This document shows, piece by piece, positions 47,527 through 58,452 of a stretch of DNA of 64,000 nt (positions are counted from its first letter, which is position 1; each line of letters opens with the position of its first letter). The notes under the pieces are model-generated. The model saw only the letters and a program-made list of their open reading frames with translations, made no database searches and was not told the origin of the DNA. The DNA is from a virus, in the IMG/VR virus record IMGVR_UViG_3300047160_009070, positions 31,320 to 95,319 of that record. One strand, given 5' to 3'. The position numbers and the translations under genes were made by a program.

Positions 47527-47850
47527 GTGCAAAGGAAGTTGAGTCAATATTAGCTGACGCCCCCGACAACACAACCCGGGCGCAGGATCGTCGAGGAGGG
47601 TCGCACCAAGGGACCACTCGACCCGACTTGGGCCGCTGACCAGGGAAGGAAGCGGTGACTCCAGCGAAGACGGCGAGCGACAGAGGCGGTCATGACGACG
47701 CAGCCGGCCAAACCGTCCAGCACCGAAAGGGGAGTCTGCGGTAGGAGGGCGACGAGGCCGTGCAGAACCGTACAGCCCCAGCACACACAGACTTACGACG
47801 TACAGGGTACGGCCGAGGAGGGTTAACCTCCAGGAACACGCTGCCCTTAT
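47527..47850 (+). ncRNA. Candidate ~320-nt structured non-coding RNA or long leader
   Basis: No convincing ORF; A/purine-rich; nested stems AGGGCG/TGCCCT, GGCCGTGC/GTACGGCC, GGAGG-gttaa-CCTCC. Confidence 0.45.
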
Positions 47851-47879
47851 ACGCTATGCCCTTGAGCGCCACCGACACA

Positions 47880-48110
47880 ATGGCTTGCTGCCTCTACTGC
47901 GGCGGCATGTGGGGTAACTGTTCGTGCTACCGCGCTGACCGGGAAGGCCGGCAGCGCTCAATCGAACGCTACCGACGGATGCTGTCGCGTCGTGTGCAGC
48001 CCACCGGCCCGCTCGGCAAGCGACGCCGCGAGCGGCTTCGTGACGGCACGGTTCGCATAGCACCGCGCTTGAACGCAGCTATGTCGATGCGCCACTACGC
48101 AGGTGCCTGA
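47880..48110 (+). CDS. Small Cys/Arg-rich hypothetical protein
   Basis: MACCLYCGGMWGNCSCY...; ends 2 nt before the RNase H gene. Confidence 0.4.
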   Translation: MACCLYCGGMWGNCSCYRADREGRQRSIERYRRMLSRRVQPTGPLGKRRRERLRDGTVRIAPRLNAAMSMRHYAGA

Positions 48111-48112
48111 CG

Positions 48113-48541
48113 ATGCGAGTTGAGGCTTGGATAGATGGGGCGTGCGGGCCCACGAACCCGGGACCGTACGGCGCCTGGGGGGCGGTGCTGGTAGCGGGCG
48201 ATGTTGAGAAGCGTTCGTCCGGCAAGGTGGACGAGGACCGTGGGTGGACCACCAACCAGCGGGCTGAGATCGCGGCTGCGATCGAGGCTCTGGTCCGTGT
48301 CAACCGGCCGTGCGAAGTGGTGGTGTTCTCCGACTCCCAGTATCTGGTGAACACAATGACCAGGGGCTGGGCTCGCCGGGTGAACACCGATCTGTGGGAC
48401 AGGCTGGACCGCGAGATCAAGAAGCACAACTCGGTCAGGTTCAAGTGGGTCCGCGGGCATCACGGCTACCCGCGGAACGAGATCGCCCACTTGCTTGCCG
48501 ACGAGGTGCTAGGCGCGTACGCGTTTCAGCGGCCGGCGTAG
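48113..48541 (+). CDS. rnhA: Ribonuclease HI
   Basis: IDGAC..NPG, TTNQRAE, SDSQY, NTDLW, WVRGH.G..NE. Confidence 0.92.
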   Translation: MRVEAWIDGACGPTNPGPYGAWGAVLVAGDVEKRSSGKVDEDRGWTTNQRAEIAAAIEALVRVNRPCEVVVFSDSQYLVNTMTRGWARRVNTDLWDRLDREIKKHNSVRFKWVRGHHGYPRNEIAHLLADEVLGAYAFQRPA

Positions 48542-48602
48542 ACGCGGCTCTCGTATCCTGGCGGTGCTGCTTCTGCGGTGACTGCTGCGATCATCATTGA
48601 CC

Positions 48603-48809
48603 ATGGATAACGCTGGTCTGATCTCGGCTTGCGGTACGCTGCTTACCGGGGTTGGAGGTGTGGTCATGGCGATCGTCGCGATCAGGCTGAACACCAGGCG
48701 CGAGCAGGAGCAGTGCCAGCAGCGTCTTGAGGACAGACTCGATGAGACGCGAACCCGCCTGGCGATCTGCGAGCAGGAGCGCGCCGAGCTGCTGCGGTGG
48801 GTCAAATGA
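48603..48809 (+). CDS. TM + coiled-coil protein (lysis-accessory-like)
   Basis: N-terminal TM segment, charged heptad C-terminus. Confidence 0.55.
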   Translation: MDNAGLISACGTLLTGVGGVVMAIVAIRLNTRREQEQCQQRLEDRLDETRTRLAICEQERAELLRWVK

Positions 48810-49363
48810 CCTCGGCGGCGGCAATGACGATCTCCGGGTTGCTGTTCGTCGGCAGTGGGGCGCTGGGGGGGTTTGCGCTCGGCATCGGTACGCAGGCGAA
48901 GACCAAAATAGAGTACGTCAGGCAGATCGGTCTGCGTGGCCTGCGCGGGCCAGCTGGTCAGCAGGGCTCAATCGGTCCTCGAGGTTTCGCTGGTGCGATC
49001 GGGCTTCGTGGTGTCCCTGGCACGCGCGGCCCGGCGGGGGCCAGGGGGCTGCGCGGCGTTATGGGAGCGCGCGGTGCTACCGGCGCGGTAGGGACTCGGG
49101 GTGCTACTGGTGCGCGGGGTGCTACTGGTCCTCGGGGCGTGGCGGGTCAGAGGGGAGCGGTTGGCGCGGTCGGGCCTGCTGGGCCTAGAGGAGTCCCTGG
49201 TGCGACCGGGGCCGCAGGAACAGTCGGTGCAACAGGGCCTGCTGGACCTCAAGGGTCGCCGGGTTCGGCTGGCGGCACAAACTGTCCGGCGGGATATACC
49301 TTCAGTTCGCTGACGCTCAATGCACCCGGTGGACAGCTGCATCTATTCGTCTGTCACACCTAG
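48806..49363 (+). CDS. Membrane-anchored collagen-like protein
   Basis: N-terminal TM, ~38 uninterrupted Gly-X-Y triplets, C-terminal CPAGY...C. Confidence 0.85.
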   Translation: MTSAAAMTISGLLFVGSGALGGFALGIGTQAKTKIEYVRQIGLRGLRGPAGQQGSIGPRGFAGAIGLRGVPGTRGPAGARGLRGVMGARGATGAVGTRGATGARGATGPRGVAGQRGAVGAVGPAGPRGVPGATGAAGTVGATGPAGPQGSPGSAGGTNCPAGYTFSSLTLNAPGGQLHLFVCHT

Positions 49364-49614
49364 CAGGCGCTACGTTCTGACTCTTGTCCGCTTGTTGTGG
49401 TGTAGGTGCGGGCCTCGGACTCTGGCGGTCTTGCGGTGCGGCTTCTTGCGGTGTTTGGGGATGGGCGGGATCTCGAGCCCGAGCCAGCCGGCGACCACGT
49501 TGTAGACGGGGTTTGTGTGGGCTTTGATCGTCATGGCATCAGCTTGTACAGCATGTCGCCCCGGAAGTTAGTGGCCTTCACGCAACCGTAACCCGGCGGG
49601 GTTCGGCCCAGAAG

Positions 49615-49643
49615 TTGTTTCCGACCGGGCTTTGAGCCATACT
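49615..49643 (+). promoter_or_regulatory. Promoter TTGTTT-N17-CATACT (conserved-spacer family)
   Basis: Spacer ccgaccgggctttgagc. Confidence 0.6.
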
Positions 49644-49693
49644 TGTGCTATTGGTTTTGGTGCTGTGTGGGCTCCGGAAAGGACGGTGGGAGA

Positions 49694-52109
49694 ATGGCCG
49701 AGAAGCAGTTTGTGGTGACGTTCCATGGCGACGAGGACGATCTGCCGACGTTCGGCGGGGTCGTGTCGATGCTTGAGTTGGCTCGCGACGACGTGCTCGG
49801 CTGCGAGTACACGGTGGAGGAGCGGATCCCGCTACCCGCCGATGGCTATGTGGAGGACGTGGCGAAGGCGAAGGAAGAGGGGTACGAGTGGTCATGAGCA
49901 ACCCTACTGACGGACATTCGGACAAGGAGTTCGGCCTCGAGCTTGACGATAAGCAGGCGTTGTGGTTTGACGCCCAGTCGATCCGCGACCACTTCGACGG
50001 CACCGAGAGTGCTGCGGCTGACTGGGTTGCTTCGGCGACCGACGAGCAGCTGGACGCGGTCGGCGAGGAGGCGCTCGGCAGCGACTGGCTGTATAGCGCT
50101 TTTCATGAGACGCTGATCGACGCTGTGGGTGTCGTCAGAAAGATGAACCCATGACCGACTTCGAGCGCAAGTTGAACGATCTGGTTCAGGAGGCGCTGGC
50201 GGTGAACCGCGAAGCATCCTCGGGTGCTACCCGGCTGCTTGCCGGCGAGACCGTCAAGTCGGTGGTGCTGGAGGTGTGGTCGAACGGCGGCGAGACGGCG
50301 TTCACGATCGAGTTGTCGGACGGCTCCATACTGGAGTGCGGCGGTGTCGGCCGGTTCACCGGCCCGGTTGCTGATCTGGTCAGGATGGCTGGCGGCAACC
50401 CGGAGGCTGAGTGATGATGAACATGCGCGAGAACGCTTTGGCGCTGATCGGGGCGCTTGATGAGCTTCATATCGACGACGAGTTCGACGAGTTCGATGCG
50501 CTGGACGAGTTGACCGACGTTCAGAAGGTTGACCGGCTGGCGCGTGATCTGGTTGCGGGCGCGCTTAGGCTGTCGTTCATGCTGTCCGAACCGGATTGGG
50601 GGGTCGGCATGCTGGAGGACATCGCCGAGATCGTCGGCAAGATGCCGAACCCGGCTGGCGAGCCGAGATGGGACCGGCATTGATGACTCGCGAAGAGCTG
50701 GCTCAACTGCTTGAGGCGGAGGCCCACAACGAGATCGCCGAGCACATTCGTGCGGGCGTCGATCCTCAGCGCGAGTTCGGTGACGACAGTCACCCGTCCG
50801 GTGTTCGCAAGGCGCTGCGCAGAAGCCGCTACGGCGACCAGTACGCCCGTGACGCTTTGGCGCTGTTCGCGGATGTCGCCGCCGGCCGGGTGGTGATCAC
50901 CGATGGCTGAGCGTGTGAAGTACCCGGCGGGATTCGTGCCGGTGAACAAGCGCAACAACGACGAGGCGAGACGCCATTTGAAGAACCTCGAGCGCCGGCT
51001 GGACTTTCTGGACGAACGGATCTTGACGTACGTCCAGAGGAAGGGGCAGCCGGCGGAGCCGAACTGGGATTTGGCTGAGCGCGGCTCGATCGCTTGGGCG
51101 ATCGGCATTGTCCGCCGGTGGATGTCGGAGGACCCTCTGTTCGACTGCGACTACACCGGCGTGCTGGCTGACACGGCGACGCCGGAGGAGCTGGCGGACA
51201 TGTTGGGGACCGAGGCCCGCTTTCAGGGCAAGTCGGTGGAGATCATGGGCGCCCGCGCGTTTGAGCGTAAGGGGCGCCGGACTATCCGGTTCACGTTGCG
51301 CCGACGTTCGGATGCGGAGGTGCGCGGCGAGGACCGCTCGAGGCCGTTGCGGAAGGTCGGGCCGGAGCGGTCGATGGGTTCGGGTTCTGCCAGGTGGCTG
51401 GAATGAGCGAGTCGCCCACCGACCATGGCTGGAGGCGTGACGCCGACTGGAAGCGTGAGATCAAGCGCACCGTCGGCGACGCCGGACCGCAGGGAGACTT
51501 CGAGTGTTGGCGGCGCGGCAAGCTGCAGGCGATCGTCAGCCGCGACGACATCGCGGAGCGCAACAACGTGTTGTTCGGCGGGCTGATACCCGACCCGCGC
51601 TGGCACATCAGCTTGGCGCACGCCGACCGTGTGCCGAGTTGGGAGGAGCTCTCCCGCGCGGGCCACGAGTTGCGGCCGGGCGTCACGTTCGTGGTCGGCG
51701 TCCCGCCGCGCTCTTGGTGGATCAACGTGCACCCCAACGTTCTGCATCTCTACGAACTCAAAGACCAGAACCTTGAGGACCAGTGGCGCTTCGAGCGCCG
51801 CGGGGACGCTCGGACGTGAGGTTCCCGAACCCGGTGATGTTGCAGTGCGGCAATTGCGGCAGCCGCTTTCACCGCCGTTCGCATGGCTGCTGGTATGTGT
51901 GCGAACTGGTTGTGTGGTCGGCGCTCGGCTATCTGGTGGTGTGGCGCCACGACCCGTCGCTGCCGCTGGGTTTGGTGATCGTCGCGGCGCTGGTGGTGCC
52001 GTTCAACGCCGCGTTCGAGCGTTTGCGGAGCGCGGTGTGGCTGTGGCGCCATCCTCTGCGATGCAAAACCCGCCGCGGCCGTACGGTGCCGGCGGGTGAC
52101 GCCGGCTGA
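49694..52109 (+). other. Operon of small coupled hypothetical CDS (49694-49897, 49894-50154, 50151-50414, 50411-50683, 50683-50910, 50903-51406, 51403-51819, 51816-52109)
   Basis: Chain of ATGA/TGATG overlaps with phage-like codon usage; no recognisable domains apart from a WHIS...PSWEE...INVHP..LHL motif in 51403-51819. Confidence 0.65.
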
Positions 52110-52200
52110 TATGTTGTGCGAGCCACAGGTTCCTGCCTTGCTGGCTCCTTTCCTACAGCGCCGCCCCGGATTCGTCCACCCGAAGGCGGCGCTGTTCTTC
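52107..52200 (+). ncRNA. Candidate ~80-nt two-hairpin sRNA with extended -10 (TGA-TATGTT)
   Basis: GAGCCA/TGGCTC stem, CTTTCCT linker, 11-bp ACAGCGCCGCC/GGCGGCGCTGT stem (52155-52195) with a 19-nt loop, then TCTT. Confidence 0.45.
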
Positions 52201-52353
52201 CCACGAAAGGATGATGTTCATGAAAGGTCCGATTGAGCGCTGCGATGTTTGCTCGGCGCCTCTGCTGCCCGGCTCCCGGCATGTGTGCCACCGCCGCCGG
52301 CAGCCCCGACGCTGGCGGCTGTTCCCGGCTCTCCGGGTGGCGGTCAAGAAGCG

Positions 52354-52961
52354 ATGAGCGATATACGGACGGTCAACCTTGATGAGAAGCCCGAGGCTGA
52401 CGTCGAGCTCCGGGTGGTCCGGGACGGTTGCAAGGTGTCGCTGTGGCTGCCGGCTGACGCCACGGCGTTCGCCGAGGCGTTGATGGCGCTCGCGGGGATC
52501 GGGTTCGAGTTCGACAGGAGCCCGCAATGACGTGGATCGCTGTGTTCGAAGACGGGCCCGCTGTCGGCGACCAGCGCCATTTCATGGCGGGTTCGCCGTA
52601 CGACGATCTGTGGTTGATGCCGCACCCCGAGCGCGGTTGGGAGGCCTCGATCTGCGTCGGCTACGGCCACCGCCCCGAGATGGACTGGCCCGGCCAGATG
52701 CACTACCGGCGGGTCGACTCGAGCCGCAACGAGGATGACGAGTTGACGGTGACGTTCGGTCTCGCCGAGCTTGACCGCTACCGGCACATGTTCCCGGAGA
52801 TCAAGTGGGGCGAGCCGGTGGAGGTGACGGTCCCGGACGTGGCGCACGGCTACGCATGCCGGGTGTGTATCGCCAAGAACGGTTTGAAGGGACGCCAGGT
52901 GAAGGGGCTTCCGCGGGACAGGGACACCGTCGTCCGGCACATCCTGCAAGCTCACGCATAG
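52354..52961 (+). other. Two hypothetical CDS (52354-52530, 52527-52961)
   Basis: Coupled ORFs; the second ends in a CxxC...H...H Zn-finger-like motif. Confidence 0.55.
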
Positions 52962-52963
52962 AC

Positions 52964-54082
52964 ATGAGGGTCGGCATCGTCCAGTCGATGGTCCCATCGT
53001 GCGATTTGTACAGAGCGTCTGGTCCTGCGCAGGTGCTCGCGGACGCCGGCGACATCGAGCTTGTGCAGCTGCCCGGCGAACTCCGGGTGAAGTACACGGT
53101 CCGCCGGCACGGCCCGTCGCAGCCGTCCGGGATCGGCAACCTGCCGGACGGCCTTGACGTGGTGGTGTTCATCCGCGGGGTGCTTCCAGGCCGGATCGTT
53201 GAGCTCATCCCGGTGCTGCAACGCCAGGGGATCGCGGTGGCGGTCGATGTCGACGACGACTACGAGAACCTGCCGTCGAGCCTGATGTCGCTGTACAAGA
53301 TCAACCCGACGTTGAACCCCGGCTACAACTGGCGTAACGTGAAGCAGGCATGCCGTCTAGCCGATCTGGTGACGGTGTCGACGCCGGCGCTCAGGCGCTA
53401 CGGCGGCCGCCGGGGGGCGGTGGTGCTCCGCAACCGCATCCCGGACCGCTACATCCGGATCGGCGAGCGCGCCGAACCAGCCAGGGACGGTCTGACGGTC
53501 GGGTGGGGAGGGACCGTGTACGGGCACCCAGGCGATCTGTTGATTCCCCGCGCCGGCGTCGCGGAGGCTTTGCGTGAGATGAACGGGCATTTCGTGAACG
53601 TCGGCGACGGCGTCGACGTCAAAAAGGATCTCAGCCTTGACCGGGTGCCGTGTGCGACCGGCATCATCCCGCTGGAGCAGTACCCGCGCGAGCTCGCCAC
53701 GTTGGATGTGGCGATCGCCCCGTTGGTGCTGGACCAGTACCGGCGTGCCGCGAAGAGTTGGCTGAAACCGCTTGAGTCTCTGTCTCTGGGTTCGCAGGTG
53801 GTGGCGTCGGAGAGCATCGAGTACCGCGAGCTGGTCGGTGAGCTTGAGTCCTGGTGCGCGGCGAACGGCTGCGAGGTGCCGGCGGCGCTCGTGCCGTCCA
53901 GGGGGCGCGAGTGGCGCCGCGAACTGGTGAAAGCCCTGAAGCGTGCCGGCGCCGATGTGAACGACGCTGCCCGCCGGTTCGTGGCCGAGAACCATCTGAT
54001 GTCGGATCACGCTCACAAGTGGGGCGAGGCGTGGGAGCAGGCCGTCAAGCTTCGCCGCAAGGAGCGTGTGTCCGTTGCCTGA
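52964..54082 (+). CDS. GT-B (GT4-like) glycosyltransferase
   Basis: VDVDDDY, ADLVTVSTPAL, VLRNRIP, VGWGGT..H..DL, DVAIAPL...AKSWLK.LE. Confidence 0.8.
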   Translation: MRVGIVQSMVPSCDLYRASGPAQVLADAGDIELVQLPGELRVKYTVRRHGPSQPSGIGNLPDGLDVVVFIRGVLPGRIVELIPVLQRQGIAVAVDVDDDYENLPSSLMSLYKINPTLNPGYNWRNVKQACRLADLVTVSTPALRRYGGRRGAVVLRNRIPDRYIRIGERAEPARDGLTVGWGGTVYGHPGDLLIPRAGVAEALREMNGHFVNVGDGVDVKKDLSLDRVPCATGIIPLEQYPRELATLDVAIAPLVLDQYRRAAKSWLKPLESLSLGSQVVASESIEYRELVGELESWCAANGCEVPAALVPSRGREWRRELVKALKRAGADVNDAARRFVAENHLMSDHAHKWGEAWEQAVKLRRKERVSVA

Positions 54083-54275
54083 CGGCGAGTATGAGGTGAA
54101 GAACCGCCACGGCGATGTGGTGCAGCGCGGCGAGATCGAGATCGCCCGGGTCCACGAGTCCGACAGCGGCGTGGCGCTCGAGCTCCGGTTCGTCGATCCG
54201 GTCCATCTCCGGCGCGGCGGCAAGAACCGCGACGAGATGCACGGCTACGTCGATCTGGGTGGTCTGGAGCGCTGA
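54066..54275 (+). CDS. Hypothetical protein
   Basis: Coupled ORF. Confidence 0.45.
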   Translation: MCPLPDGEYEVKNRHGDVVQRGEIEIARVHESDSGVALELRFVDPVHLRRGGKNRDEMHGYVDLGGLER

Positions 54276-54583
54276 TGTTCAAGATGTGCCAGCGGTGCCG
54301 CCGGCCGGTTCCCACGTCGGAGTGGGAGCGCCACCAGCAGCAGCACCGCAACCACGGCAAGCCTTCCTCGACCGCCAGGGGCTACGACTCGAGGCACGAA
54401 CGCCTCCGCGCCGAGTGGGGTCAGCTGATCGCCACCGGCTTCGTTCACTGCGTCCGTTGTGGCCTGCCGATCGGCCGGGACGAACCGTGGGATTTGGGGC
54501 ACGACGACTTCGACCGTTCCCGCCATACCGGGCCTGAACACGAGGCTTGTAACGCGGCGACAGCCAGCCACCACCGGATTTGA
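54275..54583 (+). CDS. HNH endonuclease (packaging-associated type)
   Basis: RGYDSRH..LR, CVRCG, WDLGH, GPEH.ACN. Confidence 0.8.
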   Translation: MFKMCQRCRRPVPTSEWERHQQQHRNHGKPSSTARGYDSRHERLRAEWGQLIATGFVHCVRCGLPIGRDEPWDLGHDDFDRSRHTGPEHEACNAATASHHRI

Positions 54584-54641
54584 CTTTCGTCCGGCGGGGT
54601 GCCACCGCGCGTGTAACAGAAGCGCTTCCCCGGTCCCGGAC

Positions 54642-54670
54642 TTGCGTTCTCCCCGGCCGTCTGGGACAAT
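54642..54670 (+). promoter_or_regulatory. Promoter TTGCGT-N17-GACAAT upstream of ku
   Basis: 17-nt spacer containing ccggccgtc, followed by an AT-rich initiator. Confidence 0.55.
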
Positions 54671-54731
54671 ATTTCTAATATGGTCGGAGTGTGCTCCGGC
54701 GGGAAGCGAAGGGAAAGGACGGCAGGAACAG

Positions 54732-55583
54732 ATGGCAGCACGGTCCATTTGGAGCGGGTCGGTTAGCTTCGGTTTGGTGAACGTGCCCGTCAAGCTGTAT
54801 TCGGCGACGAATTCGCGTGGCGTGGCGTTCAAGCAGATCAACAGCAAGACCGGCAATCTCGTCAAGCAGCCGAAGGTTGACGCTGTGACCGGCGAGAAGG
54901 TGGAGTTCGCGGACATCGTGAAGGGCTACGAGGTGTCGCCGAGCAGTTTCGTGACGATCACGCCGGAGGAGCTCGAGGCGGTCGCCCCGAAGCAGACGAA
55001 GATGATCTCGATCGAGGAGTTCGTCCCGGCCGGGCAGATCAACCCGCTCAGCTACGACAAGAGCTACTACATCGGGCCGGCGGACTCGACCGCCGGGACC
55101 GACCAGGCGTACCGGCTGCTGACCGCGTCGATGCGGTCCACCGACGCGGTCGGGATCGGGCGGATCATTCTCCGCAGCAAACAGCAGATGTGCGCGTTGC
55201 GTGTGGATGACAGCGGCGTGCTGGTGTGCTCCACCCTGATGTGGGGTGACGAGGTGCTCGACTCGACCGGGCAGGTGGAGTTGGGCGACGCGCAGGTCGA
55301 ACCGAACGAGACGTATGTGGCGATGGCGACGCAGCTGATCGAGTCGCTCACCCACGACTGGGATCCGGCGCAGTACCGCGACGACTACCGCGACCAGGTG
55401 CTGGCGATGATTCAGCGCAAGGCGGACGGCGAGTTGATCGAGATGGTGTCGGACGACACGCCAGCCGGTCCTGCGCCTGATCTGATGGCGGCGCTCGCAG
55501 CGAGCCTCGAGACCGTCGAGGCTGCGTCGGAAAAGAAGCCCGCTAAGAAACGGGCGAGCAAGAAGAGCGAGGTGACGTCATGA
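54732..55583 (+). CDS. ku: Ku DNA end-binding protein
   Basis: RSIWSGSVSFGLVNVPVKLYSAT, DIVKGYE, IEEFV, YYIGP, YRDDYR, DLMAALAASL, basic tail. Confidence 0.95.
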   Translation: MAARSIWSGSVSFGLVNVPVKLYSATNSRGVAFKQINSKTGNLVKQPKVDAVTGEKVEFADIVKGYEVSPSSFVTITPEELEAVAPKQTKMISIEEFVPAGQINPLSYDKSYYIGPADSTAGTDQAYRLLTASMRSTDAVGIGRIILRSKQQMCALRVDDSGVLVCSTLMWGDEVLDSTGQVELGDAQVEPNETYVAMATQLIESLTHDWDPAQYRDDYRDQVLAMIQRKADGELIEMVSDDTPAGPAPDLMAALAASLETVEAASEKKPAKKRASKKSEVTS

Positions 55584-57942
55584 CGATGGACTACATGGCG
55601 ACCGACCCGGAGTCGCTGCTCATCCCCAAGTACCGGCTGTCCGACGACGACATGCATAAGGCGTGGGCGGTCGGGTTCATCGAGCGGATGCAGGGCGGCG
55701 ACGGCTATGACGTGATGAGCAAGGTCGAGCATGCGTCCGCCGAGCAGCGGTGGGTGTCGATCGGCGGCTGGGGTGCCGACGGATGGAATCTCGGCGACTG
55801 GCCGTATGTGGTGATCTACTGTCGCAACGATCCTGTCAGCGGCATGTACCAGGTCGCCTACTACGTCGAGGGTGACGTGACCATCTACCGCTACGCGACG
55901 GCCCGTGAGCGCAACCGCGCGATCGACGGTCTGGCGTTCTTTCATTGGAGGGCGCTCAGCGAGTCGTGGGTGGAGGGAATCGAGTCGGCGAAGGACATGC
56001 CGATGAAGCTGTGCGGCCCGTACTCATCGAAGCGTTCGGGCCTTGGGAGGGTGCTGTCATGATGTTCATGAACGAGTACGAGATCGACCGGGCGCGCCAG
56101 CTGTTCGCTGGCCACCCGGTCCTCGGCCCGGCGACCGCCACGCTCTCGAACGTGCGGGACGCCGCCAACAACAATTCGGACGGGTGGCCGTACTGGCCGA
56201 AGCCGGCGCGGGCAGCCAAGCGGCTGATGGAGATGGTCCATCGCGGCGAGCTGGCGTATCTGCGTGATCTGCCGGACGGTGCGACAGCGGAGGAGCTCAA
56301 GGCGGCGTACCGTCCGTTGAAGGCGTTCCGTACCCGGAGCGGCATCGATTTCCTGATCGTGGAGCCGTCATGACCGACATTGATTTCGACGCCCGGTACA
56401 CGGTGGACGGCTGGCGCGGGATCGCGTTCTACCTGACCGGCTATGTGCAGGAGCCGGACGAGGACACTTGGTGGTCCGGCGTCACCAACGAGGACCGCTC
56501 CCGGGTGGTGGCTGTGATGGTCGGCGACGACCGGGAGCACATCGTCGACGTCGACGATCTCACCAAGCTTGAGGACGGCGCGTGGTGCGTGGAGTGCGGC
56601 CAGGTCGGCTGCGGGTGGCATACGACAGGGGAGGCGGCATGAACGCGGTCGAGGTCGAGTTGCTCCGCATCTACGTCATGGACGACAACACGGTTCGTGT
56701 GTTCGGCCGCTCGCGACCGGTCGCGAGCTCCTCAGCCCGCTGGGGCGCTCACGACGAGGCGATGCCCCTGTCGGAACTGGTGCCGTGGCTGCGCGAGCAT
56801 CTCGGTCTGCCGACCGAGTATTCGCTGACGTACGAGTGCCCGGAGTGCCATGCGGAGGTTGACATCCGGGAGGCAGAGGCGCTATGAGCGAATCTCGTTT
56901 GGACCGGTTGGTGGCGCTTCATGAGCGCACCACCCATGTCAACGACGATGTAGCGGAGGCGCTCGGCGGCCGGGTGCCTCGCTACGCGCTGTTGACGGCG
57001 GAGGGCAGCGACCAGTCCACCTACCAGGACAATCCTGATCTGTCGGTGTTCGACACGGCTGATGCGCTGGCTGTGTCGATCGCCGACCAACTCGTCGACG
57101 GCTGGCCTCCGATACGGGTTCTCGATCTCGAGACCGGCGAGGATGTTGGCTTCACAGTAAAGGTCGAGATCGAGGAGGCGGCATGAACGACGTTACAGCC
57201 CGCCATATCGAGGCTGCGTGCCAGAGCATCCGGCGGGCGCAGCAGGTCGCCGAGTTCGAGACGCTGATCAACGCTGGGGGTGCCGACGAGGGCCGTCCGT
57301 GCCATGACCGTCCTCCGACGACTGTGGCGATGTTTCAGCGGGCGCTCAAGCTCCGCGACGAGCTCTGGCCCGAGAGGTCCGATGAGGATGCTGTCAGGGA
57401 GTGGCTGAACAACGCCAGGCGACGGCTTGTCGATGACAACGACGCGATCGCCGACGTCGATCTGCTGTACGGCCTGTACACGGCGCTCACCGGCGAGGAG
57501 ATCCCCCATCCGTACGAGGAGAACCCGGTGGAGGAGTCGGGCTATGACGGTCCGGTCGCCGGGGAGGGCGAGGTGCCGCCGAATCATCCCGCCCATCCCC
57601 AATGGCACAGGAGGGACGATGGCTGAGTGCAAGCATTGCGGCCTCGAGATGCTGTCCAGCGAGAGTTGCACTTGGCCGATGGTGGCGTTCAACGTCAGAA
57701 CCCCGGTCGGTGTCCAGGAGGTCCCGTTCGCCCGTGTCCGCTACGGCGAGGAGGAGGACGACTGGGGTGCCGGCGAGGGCCGTGACTGCCATGACTGTGC
57801 GGTGAAGCCCGGCGGTCTGCATCACGCTGGCTGTGACGTGGAGCGCTGCCCTCGCTGCCATCGGCAGCTGATCACGTGCGACTGTGAGAAGGTTCGCCTG
57901 ATGCGGGCGAAGGCTGTCAGCCAAGTGAACGGCGGCGGGTGA
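55580..57942 (+). other. Run of small hypothetical CDS (55580-56062, 56059-56373, 56370-56642, 56639-56887, 56884-57186, 57183-57626, 57619-57942)
   Basis: ATGA-coupled chain with GGAGG RBSs; the last is Cys-rich (CHDC...H..GCD.ERCP.C..QLITCDC). Confidence 0.65.
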
Positions 57943-58439
57943 TGCCCAACCATATAACGACAGTCATCAACGCGCCCGAGGAGGTCATCGCGGCGCTTGT
58001 CGATCAGGAGGCGGAACGCGTGGTCGACTTCAACCGGCTTGTCCCGCAGCCGGAGAACATCGAGAAGGGCGACTGCTCAGGAAAGCATGCGCCCGGCGTC
58101 GTCTGCTGGTATGAGTGGAACGTCAAGTACTGGGGCACCAAGTGGAACGCCTACGGCGAGGAGGTCCGCTCGCCCACAGAGCTCAAGTTCGAGACGGCAT
58201 GGTCGCATCCGGTCCCGATCATCCAAGCGCTCCACAACCGCTTCCCGTCGGCGACCATCGACGTGAGATTCGCTGACGAGGATCTCGGTCAGAACCTCGG
58301 CCACTACCGCATCGTCGACGGTGAGGTCAGACCGGTCGAGGAGTTCACAGCCGGCAGCGAGAAGGCGCTGGACTTCGCCGCGCAAGTCAGCTACGGCAAG
58401 AGCTATGCCGAAGTCAAGGCCGAGTGGGAGGACGATTAG
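57942..58439 (+). CDS. YubB/DUF1281-like ferredoxin-fold protein
   Basis: MPNH, DFN.LVP.P, WY.WN...WGTKWNA, FETAW..P. Confidence 0.7.
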   Translation: MPNHITTVINAPEEVIAALVDQEAERVVDFNRLVPQPENIEKGDCSGKHAPGVVCWYEWNVKYWGTKWNAYGEEVRSPTELKFETAWSHPVPIIQALHNRFPSATIDVRFADEDLGQNLGHYRIVDGEVRPVEEFTAGSEKALDFAAQVSYGKSYAEVKAEWEDD

Positions 58440-58452
58440 CCCGGCTCAGAAC

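Noticed and set aside
47527-48541. Retron (msr-msd with RNase H), tmRNA or RNase P RNA
   Set aside because: No reverse transcriptase in the window, no tRNA-like ends or tag ORF, and no RNase P conserved motifs recognised.
49370-49534. 54-aa basic minus-strand ORF (MTIKAHTNPV...)
   Set aside because: No RBS or recognisable homology; cannot be supported beyond being open.
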